A stretch of 64,000 bases of DNA, taken from the NCBI RefSeq assembly GCF_963853765.1, contig NC_088860.1:10912001-10976000 (forward strand). Direction: 5' to 3'. Positions within the stretch are counted from its first letter, which is position 1. Every line of letters begins with the position of its first letter. The DNA comes from Magallana gigas (lineage: Eukaryota). Positions 1-12,200 of the stretch are shown here, piece by piece. Below the pieces are notes generated by a model. That model had not been told where the DNA came from. It did no database searches and saw nothing but the letters and a program-made list of their open reading frames with translations. Made by a program: the position numbers and the translations under genes.

Positions 1-3000
1 GGCAGCTGCAGAAATTGATTATCATCTTCTTGAGAAATGTTTTAAACACCCTCCCAAACTTTACTTCTGTTGTATCATTTGTGCAAACACAACAGCCATA
101 TGAGTGGTGCCTTTGGAGTGAGAATGGGAGAACTATGCCATGATAATTTGAAAACACAATTTGATGGAGATGGTGAAAATGATTAAATTATAAATATGAA
201 AATCACCTCAAACTCATTATATACTTAGATATATGTACTTTCATATGATATTACCTGCAGTACATGATAAGAAAGAGAAAGGGTAAAATTTATTGAATGT
301 CATTCAAAATGTAAATGCATCAATCAAAGGATTCAACAGGAATTAAAGATTGTTATTATCTTTCAGTTTCAAAGGTTTGTCCATATTTGCAGCATTCATC
401 AATCATAATGACTTAAAACAGCAAAATTTTAATTTTACATAAAGGAAAAAAAATAGCACCAGTTGGTGTTGCTGCTTAAAATAAAAAAAAAAGGCACTGC
501 AAGTCTGCAGTTTTGGTGCAGTCATAGTTTAAGGATAGACATGACTATTCTTATTCGCTTATACATGTACTTCAGAAATGGTTATACTTTGCTCCTCATC
601 TTTTCATCTTGCAAGAATTAGAAATATGTCTTTTTAATGCTAAGCAATACATTTATTAGGTAAGAGCAAAACTTGTGTAGGAATTGTTTCCCTTGTTTCT
701 TGTAAGGTTATCTCACTAAATGTTAATGAACATTTTTTAAAAAGTCTGCTGATCACAACACAAAGGGACCTCATGGGATATATGTATCTATTGATTAGGA
801 ATGTTTTTCTGGAACCATTAAGTGATTGTATTGGGGGATAAGGTGTGGTTAGGTCCGTATTGTGATTTGTTTTGTTAATTATTGTCAGTTCATTTTGTAC
901 ATGGAATATTATTTTCAAGTCTTTTATCTGTGTGTTGAGCAGCCATGATCGAGTCACTAATTAAAGTTTCTTATGCTGAATTGATGTGTACCAATAGTAA
1001 TTTTGTGATGCTGTTAATTAACTGTGAAATATTTGGTGTTACTGTTCTTATGTCTGTGCAATATTCAACTACTAAAAGCCATGCATATATGTTTGTTAAT
1101 GATTCATTCAAATTTTTTGCAACATGATAGTTTGATGTAACATTTAAAGGGACTTGGACACGATTTTGTATCAAAATTTTCTTTTTCTTATTTTATGTAT
1201 AAAATGGTTTACTTGCTCATTTTGAATAATTATTGACCAAACTTGGAATATTAGAAGCCAAGTCTTGAGAGAGATAGGTAAAAAGTCATTGTTATGTATT
1301 ACAAACAAAGCTCGTGTCTTACATTTGTTTACAAATGATGTAAAGTATAGAATTACCATTTCTTTGACCAAATGACTGGTGGCAAACCAGGAAAACTGAT
1401 TCAAAGTGTTCATAGATAATATGATAAACAGAAAGAAGCAACATTTGATAGAGACCTATATCAATAAAACACATACATGTATGTAAACCAAACAAAGTTT
1501 GAGCTTTGTTTCCAAAACAAAGGTTTTCAAACTCGATCTGTATCTTGCCTATAACTCAATATTTGACTTTCAAATTTTGAAAAAGCATTAAAAGTAACCA
1601 TATTAACCATTCTAAACATCAAAATTGGAAAAATAAAATTTTTAATTTCGAGCTCAAATCCTGTCAAAGTCCCTTTAAGAAATATAGTCATTGGGGCCTT
1701 ATTTACTGTGAATGTTATGAATTTGTTTATGGTAGAGATCAAAAGTTCAATGTCCACCAAAAAATTAAAATCACTTTGATTTATTAGCCCCTCCCCCTCC
1801 ACCAGCCTTAAAAAATTGTTTTAAGGGCTGATCCAAATGTTATTAACAGAACTTTGTATTTATTACACTGCTATTAAGACATATTTTTTTTGGTTTGTAA
1901 GAAAAAAAACCCCCAATAATATAACTATCATTGATTTATGAAATAAGTATCATAAACTTGTGGAGTCCATGACGTTGGCCTATAACAACAAGTATATACT
2001 AATGTATGATTAAGTTATCTGACATTGATCTTTTGATCTATACTCACATTCTGGGATTCTGTGAAACTGTTGAAGTGCTCTGTTGAAGTGCTATAGCAAT
2101 AATATAATAATTGTTCTGTTCACAATTAGAAGTATCTGAAACATTTTCTTCAAAAGAAATAAACTACATATCATATGAACAAATATATACCATTATTTTA
2201 TATTCTACATGCATCATTCATTCTATTTAACAAATTAATGTTGTTTAAGCATGGTAAACTAAAACAACTTTGTTTGTACATACCTATGTGTTTATATAGC
2301 TGTGTTTATATGAAATTCATAGCAAAGTTGCAGGTGCTTGTATTCACTTTGAATTGACAATTTGTTTTATTATTTTGTTTATATGTGCTACTTTGTTTAC
2401 CAAATAGATTTATCCTCATTTGAAGTTTACCAACTTGTGTATGAATGGAGCATGAAATGCTTAGGACAGTGTAGTTATTGCTTTTTCTTTTTTTATATTT
2501 CTTTTATTTTTAATCAATTGTGAAATGAATATTACACCCTTCAGCTTTGGTGCTTTAAATGTATTTTTTCCCTCTCCTTTTTTTTGCATGGATATTTATT
2601 TTCACTAGGTCCATTAAGAAAGCCAAATCAGCTACATTTATTTCATTTTTAGTGTATCAAAATAATATTTTGATCTTTAACACAGTTTTCAAATACAAGT
2701 CTTACACATTTTAATGTTAAATCAAGGGTTACAAGGGTTGTGTTTTTGGGGACTTAAAAAAGGTTTTATGGAGGGAAAACCCCATGTCAATTATTTGATA
2801 CTGATTTTGAAAGAGATTTCTCACAAGAATAATTTGTCAATTTTTTGACATTTTTAATTATGATATTAAAATTTCTACATTAAAAAAAAATACATTGATT
2901 AAACTTGCATTTTTAGAATTTTTATGAATATGTAAAATAAATTTCACGAATCTGCTATTGTTTTAAGATTGAAACCAACTGTGAACAAAATGGTGCATAC

Positions 3001-3288
3001 AAAATTTTTTTTTTCAAACTTACATAAGCACATGTTGTACTATTTAAGATCTTTTTTGGTTTTGACAGTCTTTTGAAGGGAGGAGATTTGTTAATTGATT
3101 GTACTTAAATGTTACAGAGTAACACAAAAAGAAATGTTTGAGCTGTCTGTAATCACTATGTATACGTGCTTGGCTGTTGTATTTTAGATTTTTTTATCGC
3201 TATATTGGTTACTATGGCAGCATGTTGTAATCTTTGTTATATAACTGCTGGAAAATAAAATTGATTCAATATTAATTACATTGTATTT

Positions 3289-3290
<2 letters not shown>

Positions 3291-3321
<31 letters not shown>

Positions 3322-3403
3322 TAGCTACTTTGATCACTTTTTGTCTGTGGTTCGTCTGTCTGTCTGTAAACTTTTCATATTTTTAACATCTTGTCAAGAA
3401 CCA

Positions 3404-3441
<38 letters not shown>

Positions 3442-4213
3442 AGCCTAAGGGGATTCAAAGTTGTGAAAATCAAGGATCACACCTTTTTGCAAAGGGAGAT
3501 AATTAGGAATTTATGAAAATTTTCGAGAAATGTTCAAAAATCTTCTAACGAACCATATGACCAGGAAAGCTGAAACTTGTGTAGAAGCATCCTCAGGTAG
3601 TATAAATTCAAAGTTGTGAAAATCATGATCCCCAGGGTAGGGTGGGGCCACAATAGGGGGGGGGGGGGGGGTCAAAGTTTAGCATAGGAACATATAGAGT
3701 AAATCCTTAAAAAAATTTCTTCTCAAAAACTAATCAGCCAGGAAAGCTGAAACTTGTATGGAAGCATCCTCAGGTAGTATAGATTCAAGATTGTGAAAAT
3801 AGGGGTAGGGTGGGGCCACAATGGGGAGGGGGGTCAAAGTTTTACCTAGGAATATGTAGAGTAAATCTTTAAAAATCTTCTTTTCAGAAACTAATCAGCC
3901 AGATGATTCTTTATAATTGTTAAGACTTTGGCCCCAGGACAATTCTTCAGCCTCACAAGAAGGTTCAGGACTTGATGTAGGTTTATATCACATATATAAA
4001 CAATTGTTAAGGATCTTTTTGAGAACTGCAATACTCAACATGTGATATGACTATAAAATCATCCTGTTAGAAAAGGGACTAATGATTATAAACATAAGAA
4101 TATCCGGGGGGAAAATGGATTTTATTTATACAGGATCTACATGTATTATTGTACATTGTCGAGATAGTTTGTATTATGACTCCATTAAGCTGATTTTATC
4201 ATACCTATTGTTC

Positions 4214-4248
<35 letters not shown>
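3291..4248 (+). mobile_element. Non-autonomous Helentron/Helitron-like element with internal satellite-like tandem units
   Basis: 5' T-run then GCTCACCTGAG (3297-3307), whose inverted copy CTCAGGTGAGC lies at 4214-4224. A 3' hairpin GGCCCATGGGCC (4230-4241) is followed by TCTTGTT. A (GTCT)n microsatellite lies near the 5' end. Three internal units begin AAGCATCCT at 3432, 3585 and 3762 (periods 153 and 177). This is the subterminal-IR + hairpin + microsatellite + core-repeat layout of Helentron-derived non-autonomous elements. Confidence 0.85.
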
Positions 4249-4249
<1 letters not shown>

Positions 4250-5263
4250 ATGATTAGGGGGGAAAATATACAGTCAAATGTCAGTAAATAATGTTAAATT
4301 TGTTTCTTTCAGGTGAGGGAGGTTTTCAAACAAACAAAAAAGAAAACCGATCCGAAAAAAGCTTAAATTTTACAACACTGTTTCTGGACTTTTTTTTTTT
4401 GGAAAGGGGGGGGGGGGGTGAATAAGTGGGGTGTTTGACTACCTTTCTCTTAACTTAAATGCTATATGAGATTTCCTGGCAACAAGTATTTAAAATAAAT
4501 GTGCTTATCTTAGCACGAATCTTGACTTTAAAGTCTTCAGAATTCATGGCTATTTAAAATTCTTATCCAAGTACATGTGAAAAGAAGTAAACAAAATACA
4601 ACCTTCCCCCATACCCGTGGCTTTTTTTAAACTGTACATATTGACCTTTAGAAAAAGACCTAAATATCAAAATCAAGAAAAATCCCAAAATTTTAAAGGC
4701 AAAATATATGATTTTTAAAAAACTAAATAATAGTTCATAGCTTATCAAATCATAGGTTTTTGTTAGGTAGATCTGGATGGTTAAATTTTTTTTTTACCAT
4801 CCAGCCTCTTTAAAAGCTTATGGTTATGAAAGTCTGCTATCACAAAAATGTTTTTCAAATCTTATAAAGCACCTGTCCCCCAAAAAACGTCTAATGATGA
4901 AAAACCAACCGTCAAATGCATTAGAAATGAAAGCGTCTTAGTTTTGTTTCTGAGCACACAGATTCAAAACAAGAAACGAAAGATCACCTGTTCACCAATT
5001 TATTTATGAATATACATCAATAGGCATATGTAAATATTTTGAAATAATCAAGGACACAGCATGTCATGCTAAAGTATACGAGATGCCACATCAACATGTT
5101 TTATCACAGGTCTCCAATATCAAAATCTCACCACATATCAACATCATTTTCATTATGAGACGAAATGCATGTGTGGCGTCATACGCCACAACATCGAAAA
5201 TCCACAATGAAAAGAAACTCACATGGTATTATCACATAATACCAATGCACGAAAGTTTCACTT

Positions 5264-7055
5264 TTATTGAAACGAAAAACATTCACCTATAGCTTGCAAT
5301 CCAACCACAAACGCAAATGACCGCCAATTCTGGACAATCTTAGGCGGGACGTGAATGATCTTTGTCGCTCCAAAACCGCTCTGAACAATAGCTTCATAAA
5401 TAATTGTAGAGTAGATGGGGTTTCCTTCTTCCTTATCACAGTATCCTGGGGCAGCGGCACCATGCCTAGTGCTGTGACGTAACTGCATTGCAATGGCAAT
5501 TTGGTTATTGTTATGATTTTTGTACTCCACTTTGCTCATGATTTGCCCATTTGTGACGTTCGCTGTTGTGATGGAGATCTTGTTATTCATCTGATGTGGA
5601 CGAGAGTCTAAAGCATCCAAGGACTCATCGGATGTTTTAGGGGTAGCAGTCTGGTCAAATAAAATTAAAAATTTAAAAAAAAGAAGAGAGAGACCAGTGA
5701 AGGTTTTATTACTTGTTGTAATGAAAATATCAGTACACAGAAACTTGTGCGGATTAATCAGTTTGTCTAAAGGATGTGCCTTAGTTAATATTTATATACT
5801 TTATTACAGAATGCATGGCCCACATAGTAATCTTTAAGTTTACAATACATCTAAATATACTTCAATAATTAAAATTGACATCTTGTCTCAATAAAAAATG
5901 AACTGTATAGTTGTTTTCTATTAAAGTATTGATTTAGAAGCACTTTATATGTCGTAAAAAAAATCATCACCTTTTTTGTTCAGGTTAGAAAGAATTCAAA
6001 AAAATATGCATGTATGTTTGTATTTATAACAGACCAAAACCCTTTGTCACGTGCACATCTATTTGATGTTGACTTTGAACTTGTGCAAAAGAGCAGTCAA
6101 AATTTTACAAGAGCAGGCTTCGTTCAAACTACTTAGGGCTCTCTATTTTCTAATAACTCAATATGAAGAAAAAATCATTCGAATATTTAAAATTGTATAC
6201 TACATGTACCAACTGAAATAACTGACATATTGTTGTTACTGCCTCATACAATGGTAAAACATGTTACAAATACAATGACCCATATCAGTGTATCGTTTTT
6301 GTTAATTAGATAATGTAGGTTTATACATATATTAAGTTATTGATTATCAATATTGTTGAACTGTTATAAGGAAAATAGCTCGATTTTTTCTACCTAGATC
6401 CCCTGCGTGAAAACTTTGTATATTATGCAGTTGAAGAGACACCTTCACCATGCATAATTTAGACATTTGTTTGATTTCCAGTATCTGGCGTTACCTATAG
6501 CTTGATTACGAGTTTTTGCGTCTTACATGTACTAGCATGTTGTCTCTTGATCACCATCTTCATTGCTTTGCATAGATATATACATTTATGTACACGATTT
6601 TTATTTTTTTTTACTGAAATTTAATATTAAAAAAATAAGAATTCGTAAAGCGTCGGTATACGTACCGTTTTAGCAGCACCATTTCTCTGGAACACTTTCA
6701 AGGCCGCCGATGCCACTCTATTACGCGGAGCCCAGCGGGTCAGGTTCATCAGCTTCATGGAGTACCGGCACCCCGGGGCCTGACAGTGGAGGGTCCCCCC
6801 GTCCCCGTGCTTGTTCCTCAGGGGGAACTTGATGCGCCACTCCCGGGACGTCTTGTCCCTCAGCTGAATCAGGCATTCCTCGCAAAACGTGTGGCCGCAA
6901 GGTAAGATCCGGGGCTTCCGGTAATACTGGCAGCAAATACGGCACCGTAGAATGGAATTATAATCCAATATGTCCTCCCCCTCGTCACTTTCCTCGTGGC
7001 CGGAGTCTCCCTTGTCACTCATCCCGGGGGTAAGAGACAGGGCCGTCCGGTTCAT
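5264..7055 (-). CDS. RING-finger (C3HC4-type) protein, ~258 aa, two coding exons
   Basis: Exon 7055-6666 starts at the first in-frame ATG after an upstream TGA. It encodes CRICCQYYRKPRILPCGHTFCEECL...CQAPGC and ends at a phase-0 donor ACG|GTACGT. Exon 5650-5264 follows the acceptor TTTTATTTGACCAG|, is in phase 0 and runs to TAA. Minus-strand AATAAA at 5004-4999. An alternative phase-1 donor (ATAG|GTGAAT at 5287/5286) could extend the gene, so the 3' end is uncertain. Confidence 0.75.
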
Positions 7056-7812
7056 GCGGTTTTTGCGTGTATAAGCTTTCTGACAGATCAATCCGTCTCC
7101 TATTGTTGCAGACTCTGATAAACTGTGTAGTCGGCGGTATTGATTGTTTGATCAGCGCCAGCTGAGAGATTACTTCATATGTCGAAAGCATCTTCATCGC
7201 AGGAAGCGCTCAGTTACCTTATATTGTACACCTTGAATCGATGTCTGGTTTGCAACGTATACAGCATTATTTGTTACACTTTGCTCATTAAGAAGAAAAT
7301 AGCCAGTCATTAAGTCTTCTGATCAACCGGCTAGAAAGCCATAAAATCTTAAATTCGACGGATACATAAACGTTAGCTTAAGGGGCCTTCAGGCGCATGA
7401 GATAGATAAGTCTATGTACTATATATAGACAACGAAAAGCACAAATCGAGCAAGAATATAATGCTAAATGTATGATAGTTATTCTCTAAGGTTTGGACAT
7501 TTATATGTTAGTGGTCATCATTGTGTGGAGGGTAGAGAGGTCACATGTAATCTGTATACATGTGACAATCCATGCAACGTCTCTCCGAATCGAACACCTC
7601 TTTTACTTTTTGGGACTCGGACGCAACGCCTCGACCTCTATGCACTTTAACAATACTGTAGACAGTCAATAACAACCCCTATAAGTAATGATATTGTAAT
7701 CGCTTCCAATCTCTATAATAGTATGCATTTTGTTAAATGCGTCGGCCTTTTGGATATTTTAAATACAAAAACTCTTAAAGAAATCAAACAAAATGTACTT
7801 TTATTCACTCTC

Positions 7813-9129
7813 CTACAATCCAATGCTTCTTAGAACTTCGTTTTCTTTTCTCTCTTTAAGTAAACCATCATAATGAATATAAGGGCGTGTTTGACTAAGG
7901 GCTGTATCGCTACAGCTACCGCTCATCAGACAATGTTTTAAATATAGTGCTAAAGTCACGTGGGACTGACGAAACACGATGGGAATATCCTCGTACAGCT
8001 GACCAGTCAGTTTGAAAATATGTTTCAAAATCTCCTACATAAATGAAATGGAAAAAAAACCTTAATTCATTAATACTAAGTAATATTATACCGGGAAATC
8101 ATTTGCATAAATCAGAAAAATAGCTTAATTCGTTCTAAGTAACATTTCACCCGAAAATCATTTGCATAATTCAGAATCAATTACCAGAAAGTTATACCGT
8201 ATTTAAAATAATTTTAAAAAAAATTCTAAATAAAAAAAGAATATTATCGAAACAATAGAATAAACATTGATCGACCTCTATATTAAGGTAATGGTCCATA
8301 CCGCTGGTATAATTCTAACGACCAATCTCAACAAGATCACGAGAGGTATACATTTGTAAAGTTCATCAGTATAATAAACGGAGGGGGGGGGGGGGGGGTT
8401 ATCGGTGTTTTACAGAACCTTTTCCCCCATAGTAGTTTTCCCACAGTAAAACTAGCTCTATATTTTAAAAGGGTGGGTTTTACATTAGAAAATCACCGGC
8501 ATCCTGCCCTTGTATGATGATTATTTGAGCTCACACTGGCAGAATTTTTTTTAAAAGAAACTTACCATGGTAAGATTGAATGACTTTACCATGCGCGACA
8601 CTAGAGTTTTACGTACAGAAGGGGGAGGGTTGGTAGGAATAATCTGGGTTCTTTTTAGGGGGGATTTGGGAGGTTATTGGTCCAGGTCCGAACCCTTCTA
8701 GATCCGCGCATGTGCACCAATACTAATTTATAAATGTGAATTGTGATTTATATATCAGATTTAAATGTATGAATGCATAAAAATATTTTTTTATATGATT
8801 TATAGTAAATGATATTTTGGAGAGGCGACACACAGCGCAAATTAAGAAAGTTTTCAAAACCTTATAAACAACACCAATAAAATAATTCTATACAAAAACA
8901 ATTTACTTACCTTCATAACTCTCTTGTTTGGAACAATTAAAAGAAACTTTGTTCGACTGGATTTTATAATACCGGTAAGACTTGCAATATATGCATCTTC
9001 TTTGGCGATGTAAAAAGATATCGATGGTGTCTTTTCCTGTAAATCTATGAGAACCCGTCGATTTCTGAAGTCATTGACATCTGTAGGATCAAAAAGCTCT
9101 TTACTGTAAATAACAGTCCCTTCTTCCAT
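7813..9129 (-). CDS. Uncharacterised 134-aa protein, two coding exons
   Basis: Exon 9129-8911 has an ATG with an in-frame TGA three codons upstream and ends at the consensus donor AAG|GTAAGT (phase 0). Exon 7998-7813 follows the acceptor CTGGTCAG|CTG (phase 0) and runs to TAG. AATAAA lies 8 nt after the stop (7805-7800). The joined ORF of 405 nt has no internal stop. I do not recognise a domain. Confidence 0.65.
8590..8712. mobile_element. Short MITE-like element
   Basis: Imperfect terminal inverted repeats CATGCGCGACACTAGA and TCTAGATCCGCGCATG around a G-rich core. It lies in the intron of the orphan gene. No clear TSD. Confidence 0.5.
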
Positions 9130-9283
9130 CTTCTCTCAGCTGTAAATATTGTAAACAAATTCCATGCGTGGCAACCAAACATTGCAGCGTGATAGAATCG
9201 CGCTAAATGACGTCGTTCTTTCATTTGTTACGTCATTTACTATATATTATGATGTCATAATTTACCGATTTTTTTCTGACGAG
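9130..9283. promoter_or_regulatory. Putative bidirectional promoter/5'UTR region shared by the orphan gene (-) and SoxH (+)
   Basis: Only 154 bp separate two divergent ATGs. CRE/ATF-like octamers TGACGTCG (9208), TTACGTCA (9228) and TGATGTCA (9250), plus an RFX X-box-like half site GGCAAC (9170-9175). Confidence 0.55.
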
Positions 9284-12200
9284 ATGCAATCTGAAAGCAA
9301 AGAAAAAATGGAACAGGGGATCAAAAATGGGTTTTCTGTGTACAATAATGACAATACACAAAAACCTACTATGGTAAAATATTTTTACTTTGATAAAGAC
9401 GGGCGACAATTATCAGAGGAGGATGTACAGAAGCTAAAGATAAATGTGAAAGGCAACGTTGTGCTTTCTTCGGGCCTTGCAGGAGCACCCATCGATGGAA
9501 ATTTCTTAGACTCGCAAGGAAACTCCTTTGAAAATGGTACCCGGAAAACAACACCCCAGCAAACTTCTGTTATAAAAACCGAACCCGTTAGACAGAGGTC
9601 TGTCATTCCCAACTTTCAGGCAAGTCATAATGGGCAGATATACCTTGTTACCCCAGATGGCGGATTAAGACCTGCTGAAGAAAGTTCTGAAATAAAAACC
9701 GAACCTGATGACCAAGAGAAGAAAAATACTACGGAGAAAGTTATGCCAGGTTTGATCTTAATTTATGCTTTGAAACGTGAAATTTTCTATTATTCCAAAA
9801 AGTGCTTTAAAAAAATATTTAAAAAAAACCCTTATTTTCAATCTAGGCCAAACTTTTTTTTATTGTGAGGTATTTTCTTAATAAATTATATGAAAATTAC
9901 CAAAATGAGTTATTAGATTTTAAATAAAATTTATCAATGATTTAATACAATATGTATATTTTTATTGCCATAGATCAACATTTTTTGCCAAACGTTTTGA
10001 AAAAAAAACTATAATTTATTTCCATTGCCTAGTGCAAGCCATTTGCAGATCTCTCATCTATAAAAAAAACTGCATACAGCGATGTTATGCATACAAATTT
10101 TCATAACGCTTACGCACGTTACTCAATTTGTATATGCACACACCGCTGCGGTTATGAGACTGTATCTTTCAAAAAATCATGATTCAGTGCTATAATAATC
10201 ATAATAAGTTTATTTATTCCCTCTGTTAATACTCTTTGCAGGAACCAACATAGAATACCGCAACCGTGGAACAAACCATCTGAACAGAAATGGAAAAATA
10301 AAGAGACCGATGAATGCTTTTATGCTGTGGGCAAGAGAATTTCGAGGCAGATTGGCAGAGCAGATGCCCAATGCTTCCAATGCTGAGATCAGTGTGGGGC
10401 TTGGACAAGTGTGGGCTAATCTTCCCACACCTGAGAAACAACATTTCTACCTTGAGGCAGAGCGAGTGAAAAACCAGCACAGGAGAGACTTTCCAGGTAC
10501 TGGTGGTTGACAAATGGTTGAATACTGTACATTATTGAACGCCATACTTTGTTGAATTTTAAGCTCACTGTCTCCCTGGTATGGGAGATAACTCTCAAAT
10601 GGTGAGAGTACCATGTTATTTCAGTCCGATTAAGATTCACCCCACTAAATTAAAATATATGCTTAAACAGTCTAAATTTCAATTAGAATCAAGATTTTTA
10701 AAAAAAGAAAATGAACATCAAGAAAAACCAAAAATCTTAAATGAATGTTGAGACAAATATGTTATATTAAAATGGTGATGCATGGGGATTAAAAAGGTAA
10801 AATGAGCTTAGCCTTTACAATACTGATCAATTTTGAATTATCAGGTTGGATATATCAACCAAACATCACAAAACGTCAGAACTCGAAAGACTCTCAGCAC
10901 GCTCGCATGTGGCAAAGGTTTGTAACCAACAAGGAAGCAGACGGCAAAGAACAAGGCATGGAGACAAAATTTCGACCAATTGCTCCAGCACCTCCAGACA
11001 GCCAGTCTTCTGGTAACATCAGCACAAAGGTCTACTCTACAGGTACGGATGATGATAAATTGTCCCCTCCCAAATCATCTGTCAAATTAGGAGACTCCCA
11101 AATGAGTAACGAAGTAAAATCTAACACAATGACATTAGATGAACAAAAACATCAACAAGACTCTAAGATTGATGCCCAGACCATACAGTCTACTGTGAAA
11201 CAAGTAATTGTTTCATCAAGTTCTCAGCAAAGGGTTTATAACCATCCACTCCCAGTCTCAACATTCAAAGAATTTAAGCAGGATGTGATGTCATCTGAAC
11301 AGTTGAAGAACACTGCAACATGTGTCCATAATGGACCCCAGTTACAAACAGGTCAGCAAATTTACTAGTATATAATCTGATTTTACATATGAAATTGATC
11401 AGAATTTGCGAATAACCTTTATTTTGTTAATACATCCTTAAAGATATCAGAAAAGATGTAGCTCCCATTATGTCTACTCATACCCAGCCTGCTCCCGTAT
11501 CTCGCTCTCACATGATGTACAGAGACCCAGTAGCAATGGCAGCAACTGGAACACAGGTTGAATACACAAGGGGGTTCAGCAAACAACCAATACCAGTCCC
11601 TGGGTACCAAACCGCTAGACCTGGACGACCCACTTCTTATGGCTTGAAATATGGTATGCATATATTACTCATATAGCCATTACTTTGAGGAAACATTCTA
11701 AATTATTGTTTAATATGCAATTTTAAAAAAGAGCCTTTTCATAAACATACTGGAAATAGGTACAATATATTTAAACTTGTTAGATAACCAAATTTGCTCT
11801 TATTTTTAAAGTCTTTTTGGCCAATATGACATTACAACCCTTTATGGTACAGGGTCCTGTATTCTTTCAACTGGGAATTTTTCATCAAAACATTGCTCTT
11901 TTGGAAAAAATAGTTTAACAAATATGGCTCAATGCAAGTTAGCAAAAAACAATTAATAGTCTATACAGTTTTCTTCTTTCATTTGCATATTACATGTAAT
12001 ATGTATTAAATCATTAAATTAATGTTTTCATCATAAAACCATACTTAACGACCACTGACTGATATTTTAATTAACATATATATAAGGATGCCTCACTCAG
12101 CATAGATACAAAATCGGCATCCTATCTTTTATAACACAATACAAAACAGTTATTTTGGGAATTTTTCAATTAGATTTTGAGGAAAAACAGTCAGATTTCA

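Noticed and set aside
1-186. Possible terminal exon of a gene outside the window (plus: ACAG|C CAT ATG...GAT TAA at 96-186) or a minus-strand exon (acceptor near 110)
   Set aside because: Both readings have plausible splice signals, but neither gives a recognisable protein and the partner exons are outside the window.
640-4748. Short ORFs of 60-105 aa in the first 5 kb
   Set aside because: AT-rich, Ile/Leu/Phe/Lys-biased ORFs without domains or consistent splice sites, as expected by chance in UTR or intergenic DNA.
5287-5499. Alternative-frame ORF overlapping RING exon 2
   Set aside because: The phase-0 donor and acceptor select the other frame, and this ORF has no supported start.
9164-9283. 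N-terminal extension of SoxH from the ATG at 9164
   Set aside because: It lies over the motif-rich shared promoter only 35 bp from the divergent gene's ATG. The ATG at 9284 is more plausible, although the extension cannot be excluded without TSS data.
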